Shown piece by piece: positions 31,973 to 42,200 of a DNA stretch of 64,000 nt; position 1 is the stretch's first letter, and the number at the start of each line of letters is the position of its first letter. Origin of the DNA: Thecamonas trahens ATCC 50062 (taxonomy: Eukaryota; Protista; Apusomonadida); contig NW_013657617.1 in assembly GCF_000142905.1 (NCBI RefSeq), forward strand, positions 113,211 through 177,210, read 5' to 3'. A program made the position numbers and the translations under genes. The notes below the pieces were generated by a model, which ran no database searches, was not told where the DNA came from, and saw only the letters and a list, made by a program, of their open reading frames with translations.

Positions 31973-33027
31973 CCGCCGCTGCCCCTGTCGTTGTCATCAT
32001 CGTCATCCATGACGCTCGCCCCCAATCGACTTGATCACCTTTTCCAGTTGGGCGACTTGCGCGAGCACATCACCACCACCAGCAGTACCATCGGCTCCGG
32101 CAAACACTTTGACCGCACTCAGAACGGCCATCATCTTTTCGGCCACAGCCCGGACGAGTTTGGCGAACGAGTCCGTGCGAGGGTGAGCCTGTGGCAGTGG
32201 CAGTAGCAGTGGCAGTGGCACCGACGCTGGCTTTGGCACTCGACTCTCTTTTTCGGAGAGGGAGCGAGTCACCCATGGCTGCTGGTTCCCCTCCGGCTGG
32301 GAGCCGACTTGCCACCGAGGGCAAGTACCGGTAGCAGCCATACTGATCAGAACCAATGACATGTACGTGACCGTAAGGATGTGCTTGTGTACGGCGTGGG
32401 GGGTTGTTCCTGGTAGTATTGACTCTGGCTTGCACCACGCCGTGGCTTGTGGCCGGGACTCGCTCCGGGATGGATGCCAGTGTCCTCTGATGGCGGCGAG
32501 TTGCGGTTCGGGCAGGGCGACGGAGTGATTTTTTAATATATTTTTTGTGTTTGCATGAGGGGGCGAGATTGTGGCGGTGTGATTGCAGCTGCAAGGCTTG
32601 TGATGCGAGGCAAGGAAAGGGTTTGAAAGATGCGGAATGAGCGGGAGAGGGGGGAGAGCGTTCTCATTGTGTTGCCTGCGGACGATTTTACGTCTTGCGG
32701 GGTGTCAAGAATGAGATAGATTGAAAGGGCGGTGGCTCTGCGTCATAGGAGCCCAGGGCACGTGTTGCTCTGGGCGCCGCTGCGGGCCGCTGCCCGACAC
32801 TTGTAATCACGGTTACATGCATGTATGTGCGGCTGCGGCTGCGGCTGCTGTGACTGATGCGGAACTCATGGATGAATGTGCGTGGCGTGTGTAGGCGGAC
32901 GGGCGTGGTGCGCGAGTGCAGGCGATTTGGGGCTGTGGACAGAGGGATGCGATGCTGGCTGGTAGCGTGGTGTAGCAATAACATCTAGAGTCCTTGTGTG
33001 GTTGTCGATGTGTTTATGGCCAGCATG

Positions 33028-35769
33028 CTAGGTGGAGGACGAGGAGGAAAAGGGCGGGACGGGGGAGGGGGCCGGGTGCGGCGAAGAGAGGTTGTCGTCC
33101 GAGTCAAAGCGCATGCGCGGGATGGGCGCCGAGGTGGCCATGGCGGCGCGCGACATGCGGCGGGCCTTGAGATCGCGGGCCTTGAACGGGTCGAGCATGC
33201 CGAGGACGCGCTCAATATCGGCGGCCAGCTTGCGCTCGGTCTTGTCGACGCGGTCTGAGATGAGGTCGAAGAGGGTGTTGAACTCGTAGTCGCCGATGTC
33301 GCGGAGAGTGATGATCTTCTGGGCGACGGTGTGCTGCTTGCGGACGAGGTCCGAGGCCATGGCGGCGCGCTCGGCGGTGGAGAGCTGGTTGTCGTTGTCA
33401 AGGTCGTATGTTGCCATGACCTCGTCGACGTCGCCGTCAAAGTAGCCGCGTGACTCGGCCATAACCTCGAGCAGCTCCTCGCGGTCGAGGAGGCCGTCTT
33501 GGTTGACATCTGCGCGGCGGATGGAGCGCTGGAGCGAGGCGGCCTTCTTCTGGAGATTGAGCGTCTTGACGAGCTTGCGGCCGAGGCCTGTGGTGGATGC
33601 CCATGCCATGGTCTTTTGGATAAAGGTGGGCTCCTTGGCGCGAGCGAGGTCTCGGGCGACGTCGTTGTACGCGTTGTCGACAATGGCGAGGAACATAGCG
33701 AGAATGACAAAGAAGACGAGGATGACAAAGGTGAAGAAGAAGATGGGCCCAAAGACACGGTTCGAGTGGCGAAGGGCGTCAAAGTCGAACTGGCCAAGAG
33801 TGGCAAGGAGCATGGTGTAGATGGTGAGGCCGAGGGTGTCGAAGCCCTCGACGTCCGAGCCAAAGGCGAGCGAGCCGGCCTGGGCAAAGCCAAACATGAC
33901 AAAGAAGAACATGAGGACAAAGAAGAACATGGGCCGGAAGGCGCGGACGCAGACGCGGGCGATCATGGACATCTTGGGCTCAAACGAGGTGTACTTGAAG
34001 ATCTTGAACCAGAGCATAAAGGCGTTGCAGGCGAGGATGTTCTTCTCTGTGGCATCCCAGAAGACGATCTCCTGAAAGTTGTAGAACGAGTCGCGCGCGG
34101 CAGGCTGGATGTTGAGAGCGTCAAACTGGCGGATGGCCTTGATGCGGATGCCGACGACGGCGAGGAATAGGACGACGTTGAGGATGTCAAAGTAGTTCCA
34201 GCCGTCGCGCCAGTACTTTGTCCACGAGTGCTTGAAGGCCCGGACACGGTCGGCGCGGGTGAGCGGGCCCTCGGCGTCGGCGACGCGGTTTTGCGAGCGA
34301 AGCCACTTGCGGTGGCGGACGACGTCGTGGAAGATCTCGGCAAACTCCTCGCCAACAAAGAAGCAGACAAAGACGACGAGCATGATCTCGCCGGCGAGGA
34401 ACCACTTGCCGGCCTCGCCGCGGATGGGGTAGAGGCGGAGGACGCGGAACTTGTAGTCGGGGTAGATGCCGCCCGAGGGAAGGAACTCAAACTGAAGCTG
34501 AACGACACAGAAGAGGTTGATGTTCGGGTTGTAGGTGGAAAAGTCGACAAAGACGGCGCGGGTCTGGGCGTCGAGCCAGCCGTTGTTCTTGAGGAACTGA
34601 AGTCGGGCCGTCTCGTTGGCGACCGAGGTGACGCCGATGTGGTGGACAAAGCCGCCGCCGTCATACCGGCGCCAGCGGGCGAGCTGTGGGTTGGTGTCGA
34701 GCTCCTCTCCAGAGGTGTAGCTCCACACGTTGCCCGGCCCGTAGCTCACGCGCGACTCTTCGCCGATGGCGTACCGGCCGTGGCACGACGAGATGTACGA
34801 CTGAAAGGCCTTGGGCACGGTGCACAAGCCGGAGCGGACGCGGATCTGGCGGACACGTGCGCCGCCGACGAGGTAATTGGTCCCGTACATGACGCCTGGC
34901 CCCGCGCCTTGGTCTGCGAGTAAGCCGGCGACAAACGGGCCTTCCATGTACTCCCAGAACTCGTCAAAGGTGACGATGGAGAAGAAGTTCTTGAGCGTCT
35001 TGATGCCCGGGACCTCTTCGGCGAGGAACAAGTCCTTCATGAGGTCGTTGTGCTGAAAGGCGAAGAGCGGATCGCGCATGTAGAGAACGACAAGGGTAAA
35101 GGTGGCGAGAAAGGCAAAGTAGATGAGTATCTCCAGCCCCACGCCCGGCGCCTCGCACCGCGGACGCATGAACTTGTAGTTGCCGTCCTCGGTCTTTTCA
35201 AAGAACCGAAACTGCTCGCGTCCGGCCTGCAGCGTCGACTTTGCTGCCGAGAGGAAGCGCCTGCCCATCGAAGGCGAGCCGTTGCCCGGCGCGGCGCTCT
35301 CGGCCTCATCACCGGGCTTGTTAGCTTGAGCGGATGATGAGGCGTCAAGATGGCCCGAGACTGAAGCTGAAGCCGTTGTCAAAGGCGGACCAGACCGAGC
35401 AGGGCCAAAGTCCGAGACGCTGGCTAGCTTGCTTGTCGATGCCGAGGCGAGACCGTGACCATGGCCTCCGGACCGTCCTACTTGCTGACCTCTCCGCGGG
35501 GCATTGTCCTCAGTGAACGCCACCGTCTTGCGTCTGCGACCAGCACCCGCACCCGCAGCTGTATTAGGGTGGCCTGCGGCTGTGTTCCATCCTCCGCGTC
35601 GACCTCCTCCTCCTCCTCGTCCTGTGCTTCCTCCGCGGCGGTGTGCGGCAGGAGGCGCCACACCAGCCAGTTGGCTTCGAGGTGTGGACGAGTTCATCGA
35701 ACCTGACGAGGAGGCTGGGGAGAGTACTTGCTTGTGGTTCCCGTTGCTGCCAACTGTCTCCCTTGCCAT
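33028..35769 (-). CDS. PKD2: Polycystin-2 (TRPP)-like cation channel with two C-terminal EF-hands
   Basis: TOP-domain motifs NYLVGGARVRQIRVR..C, YDGGGF, LKNNGWLDAQTRAVFVDFSTYNPNINLFC..FEFLPSGG. Also WNYFDILNV, WFKIFKY, pore LLATLGQFDF, PIFFFTFVILVFFVILAMFLAIVDNAY. EF loops DVNQDGLLDREE and DLDNDNQLSTAE. Confidence 0.93.
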   Translation of the reverse strand: MARETVGSNGNHKQVLSPASSSGSMNSSTPRSQLAGVAPPAAHRRGGSTGRGGGGGRRGGWNTAAGHPNTAAGAGAGRRRKTVAFTEDNAPRRGQQVGRSGGHGHGLASASTSKLASVSDFGPARSGPPLTTASASVSGHLDASSSAQANKPGDEAESAAPGNGSPSMGRRFLSAAKSTLQAGREQFRFFEKTEDGNYKFMRPRCEAPGVGLEILIYFAFLATFTLVVLYMRDPLFAFQHNDLMKDLFLAEEVPGIKTLKNFFSIVTFDEFWEYMEGPFVAGLLADQGAGPGVMYGTNYLVGGARVRQIRVRSGLCTVPKAFQSYISSCHGRYAIGEESRVSYGPGNVWSYTSGEELDTNPQLARWRRYDGGGFVHHIGVTSVANETARLQFLKNNGWLDAQTRAVFVDFSTYNPNINLFCVVQLQFEFLPSGGIYPDYKFRVLRLYPIRGEAGKWFLAGEIMLVVFVCFFVGEEFAEIFHDVVRHRKWLRSQNRVADAEGPLTRADRVRAFKHSWTKYWRDGWNYFDILNVVLFLAVVGIRIKAIRQFDALNIQPAARDSFYNFQEIVFWDATEKNILACNAFMLWFKIFKYTSFEPKMSMIARVCVRAFRPMFFFVLMFFFVMFGFAQAGSLAFGSDVEGFDTLGLTIYTMLLATLGQFDFDALRHSNRVFGPIFFFTFVILVFFVILAMFLAIVDNAYNDVARDLARAKEPTFIQKTMAWASTTGLGRKLVKTLNLQKKAASLQRSIRRADVNQDGLLDREELLEVMAESRGYFDGDVDEVMATYDLDNDNQLSTAERAAMASDLVRKQHTVAQKIITLRDIGDYEFNTLFDLISDRVDKTERKLAADIERVLGMLDPFKARDLKARRMSRAAMATSAPIPRMRFDSDDNLSSPHPAPSPVPPFSSSSST

Positions 35770-36185
35770 GGTGTGTGGGGTGAATGGGTGGGTGGGTGGG
35801 TGGGGGGGGTGGTGGGGCGGGAAGTCGGGTGGAAGGCGGTGAGTGGCGGGAAGTGGGAGAGGCGGGCGGGGGGGGAAAGGGAGAGGTAGGGGGTTTTTTG
35901 GGAAGGTTGGTGGGAGTGGGTGGAGGCGGGGGGAGTGGGTGTGTGGGGGGGGGTGGAGGAGGAGGAGGAGGAGATGGAAGGAGGGGAGGGGGATGATGTA
36001 GGGGGAGGGGGAGAGGATGGTTGTGAGAGGTGGATGTGAGAGGGAGGGGGGGAGTTGATGTGTTGGCCGGGTCTTTTGAGGGGTTGTTTTTCTGCTGTTT
36101 TTTTCTACGTTTGGTGATGGTGTTGCGCGTCCTGGTTCCACACTGGGTCGGCTGAGAGGGCAGAGGACAGAGATGGCAGGCGAGG

Positions 36186-36788
36186 TTACATGTAGTAGCC
36201 GTCACAGGCCTCAATGCAGATGCTGCACTCGCAGGTCTTGGTATTGTAGCGACTGAGGCCGAGCTCGAGTGCGGTCCGGTGGTTGCGAGCCGCCTGTCCG
36301 GCGTCGAGGAACGTGGTGGCGACAAGGGGTGGCGTTGAGAAGCAGTCCCAATCCGTGTTGATCTTGTACACAAAGCAGCCAACAAAGTAGCCCTCAATGT
36401 AGAGCGGAACAAGGAGCTGCGGGTGACGCGAGCCGACATGGGCGCCGGCCATGGATGAGCTCGCGAGGTCGAGCGAGTCGTGGAAGTCTGCAGCCGAGTA
36501 GTAGTCAGTGTCGACCCGGCGCCGAAGCTGATCAAGTGCGTGCTTGCCGACCATTGTTGTCGTGTACTCACGGAGGTCGCTGCCCTCAATCATGCGAATC
36601 TAGACGCGGAGCGGAGTGAGTTGTGTGCCGAGTTGTGTGCCGCAGCGCAAAGTAGCAGGAATGAGGGGAGGAAGACGGTGGGGAGCAGCAGGACGACGTA
36701 CAATGTCAATGTCGCTCATCTTGGCAAGCTCGTCGGCATCGCTCTGGGAGCGGGGGCGGGGGCGGGAGCGGGTCGGAATGATGGACAT
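36186..36788 (-). CDS. Hypothetical 166-aa protein with a C-terminal CxCxxCxxxC; join(36702..36788,36186..36599)
   Basis: Two in-frame ORFs are joined by a phase-0 102-nt intron (GTACGT ... ACTCAC ... CTAG) that removes the intervening stop. Confidence 0.6.
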
Positions 36789-37515
36789 GTTGGAAGAGAT
36801 GGAGTTGAGTGTGTGGATGCCGAGGCGTGTGGTGGTGTGCCTATCTGCCCTTGCTTTTTGACTAGGTTCCATGTGTGCCTTGAAAGTGTCAAACTGAAAT
36901 ACTGCAGCCGTCCGTGCGCTCCTTGCATTTGTTCTCCTGATGCGCAAAGAGGACAATGCAGGGAAGCTTCCTCCGACCGTCGCCCTTCTGCCGCACATGA
37001 GCGGCAGTGTGCATGCGAGTGTGATGTACATGTGTGTGCGTGCGTGTGTGTGTGTGTTGGTTGTGGCGAGTGTGAAGGAGATGTCCCGGCGAAGAACGAG
37101 AGAGTGTGTGCCCTTTCTTGAAATGTGTTCCCTTCCGCTTCCTTCGTGAAGGGGGTGCCGGGGTGGGGTGGGGGTGGGGGTGGTGGGGGATGTTTGGAAT
37201 GTGTAGAAAGGGGAGGGATGTAAGGGAGGGCAGTGTGGGTGTGCGTGGTGATGTGGGTGTGGGAGGGGAATGGGGCGGCATGTGTGGTGGAAATTGGTCG
37301 GTGCCGTCCGGTGCACCGGTCAAATGGTTGGTCGTCCCGTCGCACTCTGGTGTGTTCGGCCGGCCAACCGTCAGCCGACAGCTTGCCGGCAGGCCCAAGG
37401 CGGTGTGACGGTGCTACCGGGCACTTCACCTCGTCAACAAGGACAAAGACAAGGACGTGTGGTCTTTGATTATCTCTTTTGAGCACGAGTGGGTAACAGG
37501 CGTGTGTGCGTCGTA

Positions 37516-38149
37516 ATGGAGCTGCTTGTGTTGGTCAAGGCCGACGCGCCCAACGTGCTCGAGGAGGTGAAGCAGCTGGTGCTTGAGGCGGATTCGGATG
37601 TCAATGCGCGGGATCATACCATGTATGCTGTGGGTTGAGGAGGGTGGGGGGTGGGTGGGGGTGGGGTGAGGGGATGACTCATATGGTGATGCGGATTGGG
37701 CTGGCTTGGCGGTGGCGTTGATGCGGATTGGTTGGTGGTGGCGGTGGTGGTGGCGGTGGCGGTGGCGGTGGCGGTGGCGTTGATGCGGATTGGTGGTGAT
37801 GGTGGTGCGGATCGATCGGCGGGTTGGTGGGTTGGCGGGATGCGGGCTGGTAATGGCTGGGAACGACAGGGCTACGGCACTGCACTGTGCGGCGCAGACG
37901 GGCCAGGAGGATGTGCTGCTTTTTCTCATCGGAAAGGGCGCATCGGTGCGGGCACAGGACAACAAGGGCCACACGCCGCTGCATGTGGCGATTCTCTCCA
38001 ATCAGGTTGCGACGGCAGCGTTGCTCGTCGAGTTCTCGCTGGCCTCGGACTTGCTCATCAAGGACATCAACGACAAGACCCCGCTGGACATGGCAGCAAC
38101 GACACCAGCCATGAACCAAGTCGTCGCCCTCGACCGTGCTCTCGACTAG
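37516..38149 (+). CDS. Small ankyrin-repeat protein; join(37516..37622,37870..38149)
   Basis: MELLVLVK..DVNARDHTM|ATALHCAAQTGQ..GASVRAQDNKGHTPLHVA..KTPLDMA. GTATGC donor and CAG acceptor are in matching phase 2. Confidence 0.85.
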
Positions 38150-38412
38150 GTCTCTGGCAGATCCAGATCGAGTTCACCCTCCTGCGCGTGTACGCATGTA
38201 GTAGACGATTGAACAAGGTGATCACCCCCTCACCCACCCCATCCCCCATGATCACCCCTTCACCCACCCCATCCCCCGCAATCGCTCCCTCACTCCATTC
38301 CCCCCCAATCGCCCCATACTCGCCCCATCCCCCCAGTCACCCCCCCCCCCTCCCCCACCCCACCCCACCCCACCCCCATCCCCCTCACCACCACCACTCC
38401 ACGCAGACCACT

Positions 38413-39255
38413 ATGTTCAGGACGGCAGTTATGGTGACGAGTGGATGCATGGGCATGCGGAGGCTGACGGCATCAGCAGGAGCAGCAGCAGGTCACTCCA
38501 AGTGGGCCAACATTCGCCACCGCAAGGCCGACGTGGACAAGAAGCGCGGCTCGCTGCTCAACCGCATGTCCAAGGAGATCATGGCTGCTGTGAAGGAAGG
38601 CGGTGGCGATGCTCGAGAGAACCTTCGACTGGCTTCCATTGTCTCGCGTGCTCGTGCTGCCAACGTGCCCAAGGCCAATGTTCAGTCTGCCATCGATGCT
38701 GCTCTCTCCAGATCGGCTGCCGGCTCGGAGAGCGTGTACGAGGGCCAGCTGGGCCCGGTCTCGCTCCTCATCCAGACTCTGACCGACAACAAGAACAGGA
38801 CAACAGCTCGTGTCCGCCACTGCTTGACAAAGTACGGTGGCGCTCTCGCTGGCGCCGGATCTGCCGCTTGGCTCTTCAATCGCCGCCTGCTCTTCTCCAT
38901 TCCGCTGCCGCACGACGACGCCATCGTCGACGCTCTCATGGACGCTGCCCTCTCCAACGGCGCCGATGACATCGAGGTCAACGATAGTGAGGACGGCTCC
39001 GACGAGCCCGGCTCGCTGGTGGTCGTTGCCGAGCCAGCCTCGTCCAAGCCGCTCGGCACCGCCCTCCACGCCGCCCTCGCCGAGCTCTACCCCGCCGGCC
39101 CGCCGGAGCTCGACGTCAAGATGGTCACCATGCCTGACAATTTTATCGACGTCTCGCCGGACCAGGCCGCCTCGCTCAACTCGGTCCTCGACATGCTCTC
39201 CGACGAGGACGACGTCGTCGACGTCGAGCACAACGCCAACCCGGACCTTCTCTAG
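38413..39255 (+). CDS. TACO1: TACO1/YebC family protein with a probable mitochondrial presequence
   Basis: AGHSKWANIRHRKADVD, NVPKANVQSAI, YEG..G.V.LLIQTLTDNKNRT, DDVVDVEHN. Arg-rich, acid-free N-terminus. Confidence 0.92.
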   Translation: MFRTAVMVTSGCMGMRRLTASAGAAAGHSKWANIRHRKADVDKKRGSLLNRMSKEIMAAVKEGGGDARENLRLASIVSRARAANVPKANVQSAIDAALSRSAAGSESVYEGQLGPVSLLIQTLTDNKNRTTARVRHCLTKYGGALAGAGSAAWLFNRRLLFSIPLPHDDAIVDALMDAALSNGADDIEVNDSEDGSDEPGSLVVVAEPASSKPLGTALHAALAELYPAGPPELDVKMVTMPDNFIDVSPDQAASLNSVLDMLSDEDDVVDVEHNANPDLL

Positions 39256-42200
39256 CCGCTGCCGTCATCGATCACGAGCTCAAAGCCCGAAGCCACCAGC
39301 GCCTCCAGCTCGGCGACCCGTGCCTCGAGCTGGCGCACTCGCCGCTTGGCCTGGCGGGCCTCGGTCATCGCGCCCTGCTTCTCAAACTCGTTCTGCGCCA
39401 GCCGAAGCTTGACCTGGACCAGCTGCTCTTCGAGCTCGTCACCGGTGCGGCCGAGCTCGTCGCGCTCGGCCAGGCTCGCTTCGAGCAGCGTCTCCAGCGC
39501 GCCGATTCGCATTTTGGCATCCTCCAGCGCGGCGGCCACCTCGTCGTCGTGGTACAGTACGCCGTCGTCGCGCCCGCGTTCCTTGCCGAGGTCGGCAATG
39601 GTCGAGAGCGCGTCAACCTGAGCTTGCAGGGTGTCGACCTCGGCGTATGCCCGCTCCAACTCGACCCGCAGCTCCTCGTAGTCCTGGCCGACCTGGACCA
39701 GCGTCTGGCGGGTCGACGCCAGCTGCTTCCGCAGCCCGTCGTCACGGTAGAGCGCCACCTCGGCAGTGAGCTCTGCCGCCGTCGCCTCGCTCGCTGCCGC
39801 CGCCTCGCGCAGCCGTGCCACCTCGACCCGCGCCCGCTCCAGCTTGGCCCTCGCCCGGTCGCGCTCTTGTTGCGCCACCGAGAGCTGCTCTTGGAGCACT
39901 TGCTGCATGGCCATAAACTCGGCGTCTTCCAGCCGCCCGCCCTGCGACGGGAGCCGGACCAGCTCTAGACGACGCGTCAGGGCCGCGTCCTCGTCAAACG
40001 AGCTCGACATGAGCGCACCACCAGCCCGGGCTGCAAAGTCGTCGTCAGTCTCGTCCGCCAGCGCCGGCGCCCGCATCCGCACAAACGGCGTCTCGGCGCC
40101 GCCGCCGGCTCGCACAATCGGCGAGTGGCCATAGATGTCAATGTACGCCCGCGTTGCCCGCGTGCTTGTCCCGGCTGCTGCCTCGGCCTCGGCCTCGGCC
40201 GCGGCCTCGGCCGCCGTCCGCCTCGCCTTCACCCGCCGCCACACCTCGATCCCGACAAAGACCGAGACGCCGATCACAAGCACAACGTATTCGACTACAA
40301 GCGGCGCCCACTGTGGGTTGGCCGCGGTCGATACGCGAGAAGCCCACGCATTGACGGCAGTCTTGAAGAGGACGATGGCGTACAGACCGGCCAGCGCTCG
40401 GTTGAGCATGCCGCCAAACGAGGTGCTTGTCAGCGAGCCACGCGAGGCCGGGAGGACCCGGGCAGCGACACCGCGGATGGAAACCGGACCCGAGTCGGCG
40501 TCACGGTCGTTGGCATCGCGGAACGGCTTGATGATGAGCGTGGCGACAAGGAGCGCCGCGTACACTGCGCCTACCACCGCCAGATACACTCCCGGCGGCC
40601 CTGTGTAGAAGATCCGCACTGCGCCGACCAGGGCGCGTGCGGGGAGCTCGATGAGGGAGAAGACGGGTGCGTACTTGACATCGAGCCCGCCCGAGAAGAA
40701 CGCTGCTATGCCCGATGCCTGCGGCGAGCTCGGCCCGTCGGTCGTCGCGGCGTAGCTGCGCAAGAAGATGACGCCAAGCAGCAGCGCCGAAGGTATGTAG
40801 TAGAGGAGGCCGACGAGCGATGCCGCAGTATACCATGTGTGATCGCCGGCGTAGCAGGTGACCGACGGCGCCGCGTCAAGGACAAACACATGCTCTGAGG
40901 TGGCAAACGGGCCCGGAGCTGGCGGGAGTGCAACCTTGGTGCACTTGAGCGCGCGGAGGAGGGCAAGGACAAACGGGAGAAAGCCGCCTGACGAGAGCAG
41001 CGGGATGATGACGTCGAGCAGGTAGTAGTCGACGACCGAGCCCGAGCCGAGGCTCGGGAAGAGCGCGGTGAGATGCAGCGAGTAGTCGGCGACGAGGCCT
41101 AGCGCCAGGTTCGCCGACGCCAGTGTCCACAGCAGAATGGCCGAGAACGCAGCGAGGAACGCTGCCTCAAACGCTGTCCGCGCGTCCGATGAGGACGAGA
41201 CGAGGACCGAGCCGAGCGAGACCGATCGCAGCGTCGACTCGACCGAAGCTGTCGCCGGAAACACCACGCCGTCGACGTAGGTTAGACCCCAGAGCTGGAC
41301 AAACTGCAGCGCAATGAGCGAGAGCGTGAACACGTTCATGGCGTTGAACCGGAGGCTCTGCGACGGGCGCTCGACCATGCGCAACGTCGTGTCGCGGGCA
41401 ATCTGCACGCAGAGTGCGCCGCCAAAGATGAGGCCGAGGACGGCAAAGAGGCCGAGGACAAGGTAGGTGGCGAGGAGCGCCGAGCCGGCCGAAGTGCCTT
41501 CGGCGAGTGCCGGCATAACGGTCACGCCATAGAGGAGGCCGCCAGCGACGAGGAGGCCAAACACCGGAGCCATGATCTGTGAGGCCTGGGTGAGAAAGAG
41601 CTCTTCGAGCGAGGTCGAGAGCGGCGCAGTGAGGCCGCGCGGCGAAAAGACCGCGCCGAGCAGCAGTGCGGGCAGGCTCAGTGCCATGCCCAGCAAGGTG
41701 ATGCAAAAGACGGCAGCGCGGGCGGCGCGGGCGCCAACGGCAGCTGCGACGCTAGCGTCGCCCGAGTGTGACCCGAGAAGGAGCGCCCGCTCGTAGCTCG
41801 GTGTTTCGGCCTGGTACGGGACGAAAGCAGCGCGGAGCTCGACGCCGTGGGTCCAGAGCTCATCGTATGAGCCATCGGAGCCAACGTTGGCCACAGCGCG
41901 ATCAAAGGCAAGCTCAAGCGGGGTAGTCCGTGCGGCACCTTGTGACATGATGTGTGGGTCGGCACCGGCGGCGAGGAGAGCGCGGGCGATGGATGGAACG
42001 AGAAAGTAGTAAAAGCCCAGGTGGAGAGCGGTGGCACCGGCATCATCCTGGGCATTGATGGCGACGGCGCCGGTGGCAAGTAGCGCCTCGACAACCGCAA
42101 CGTTGCCAAGCTGGGTGGCGTACATGATCGGCGTTCGCCCGCGCTCGTCGGTGGCGTTGACGTTGGCGCCTTCGGCGATGAGCAGACGGGCCTCGGGCCC

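Noticed and set aside
32003-32362. 119-aa minus-strand ORF with a helical-looking segment
   Set aside because: No family motif, and it is flanked by microsatellites; coding status is unsupported.
35770-36141. Pro-rich N-terminal extensions of long ORFs (PKD2 here; also 14130-14717, 37696-38412, 62898-63095)
   Set aside because: These are stop-free C-rich flanks or neighbouring genes read through. Downstream ATGs give more plausible N-termini.
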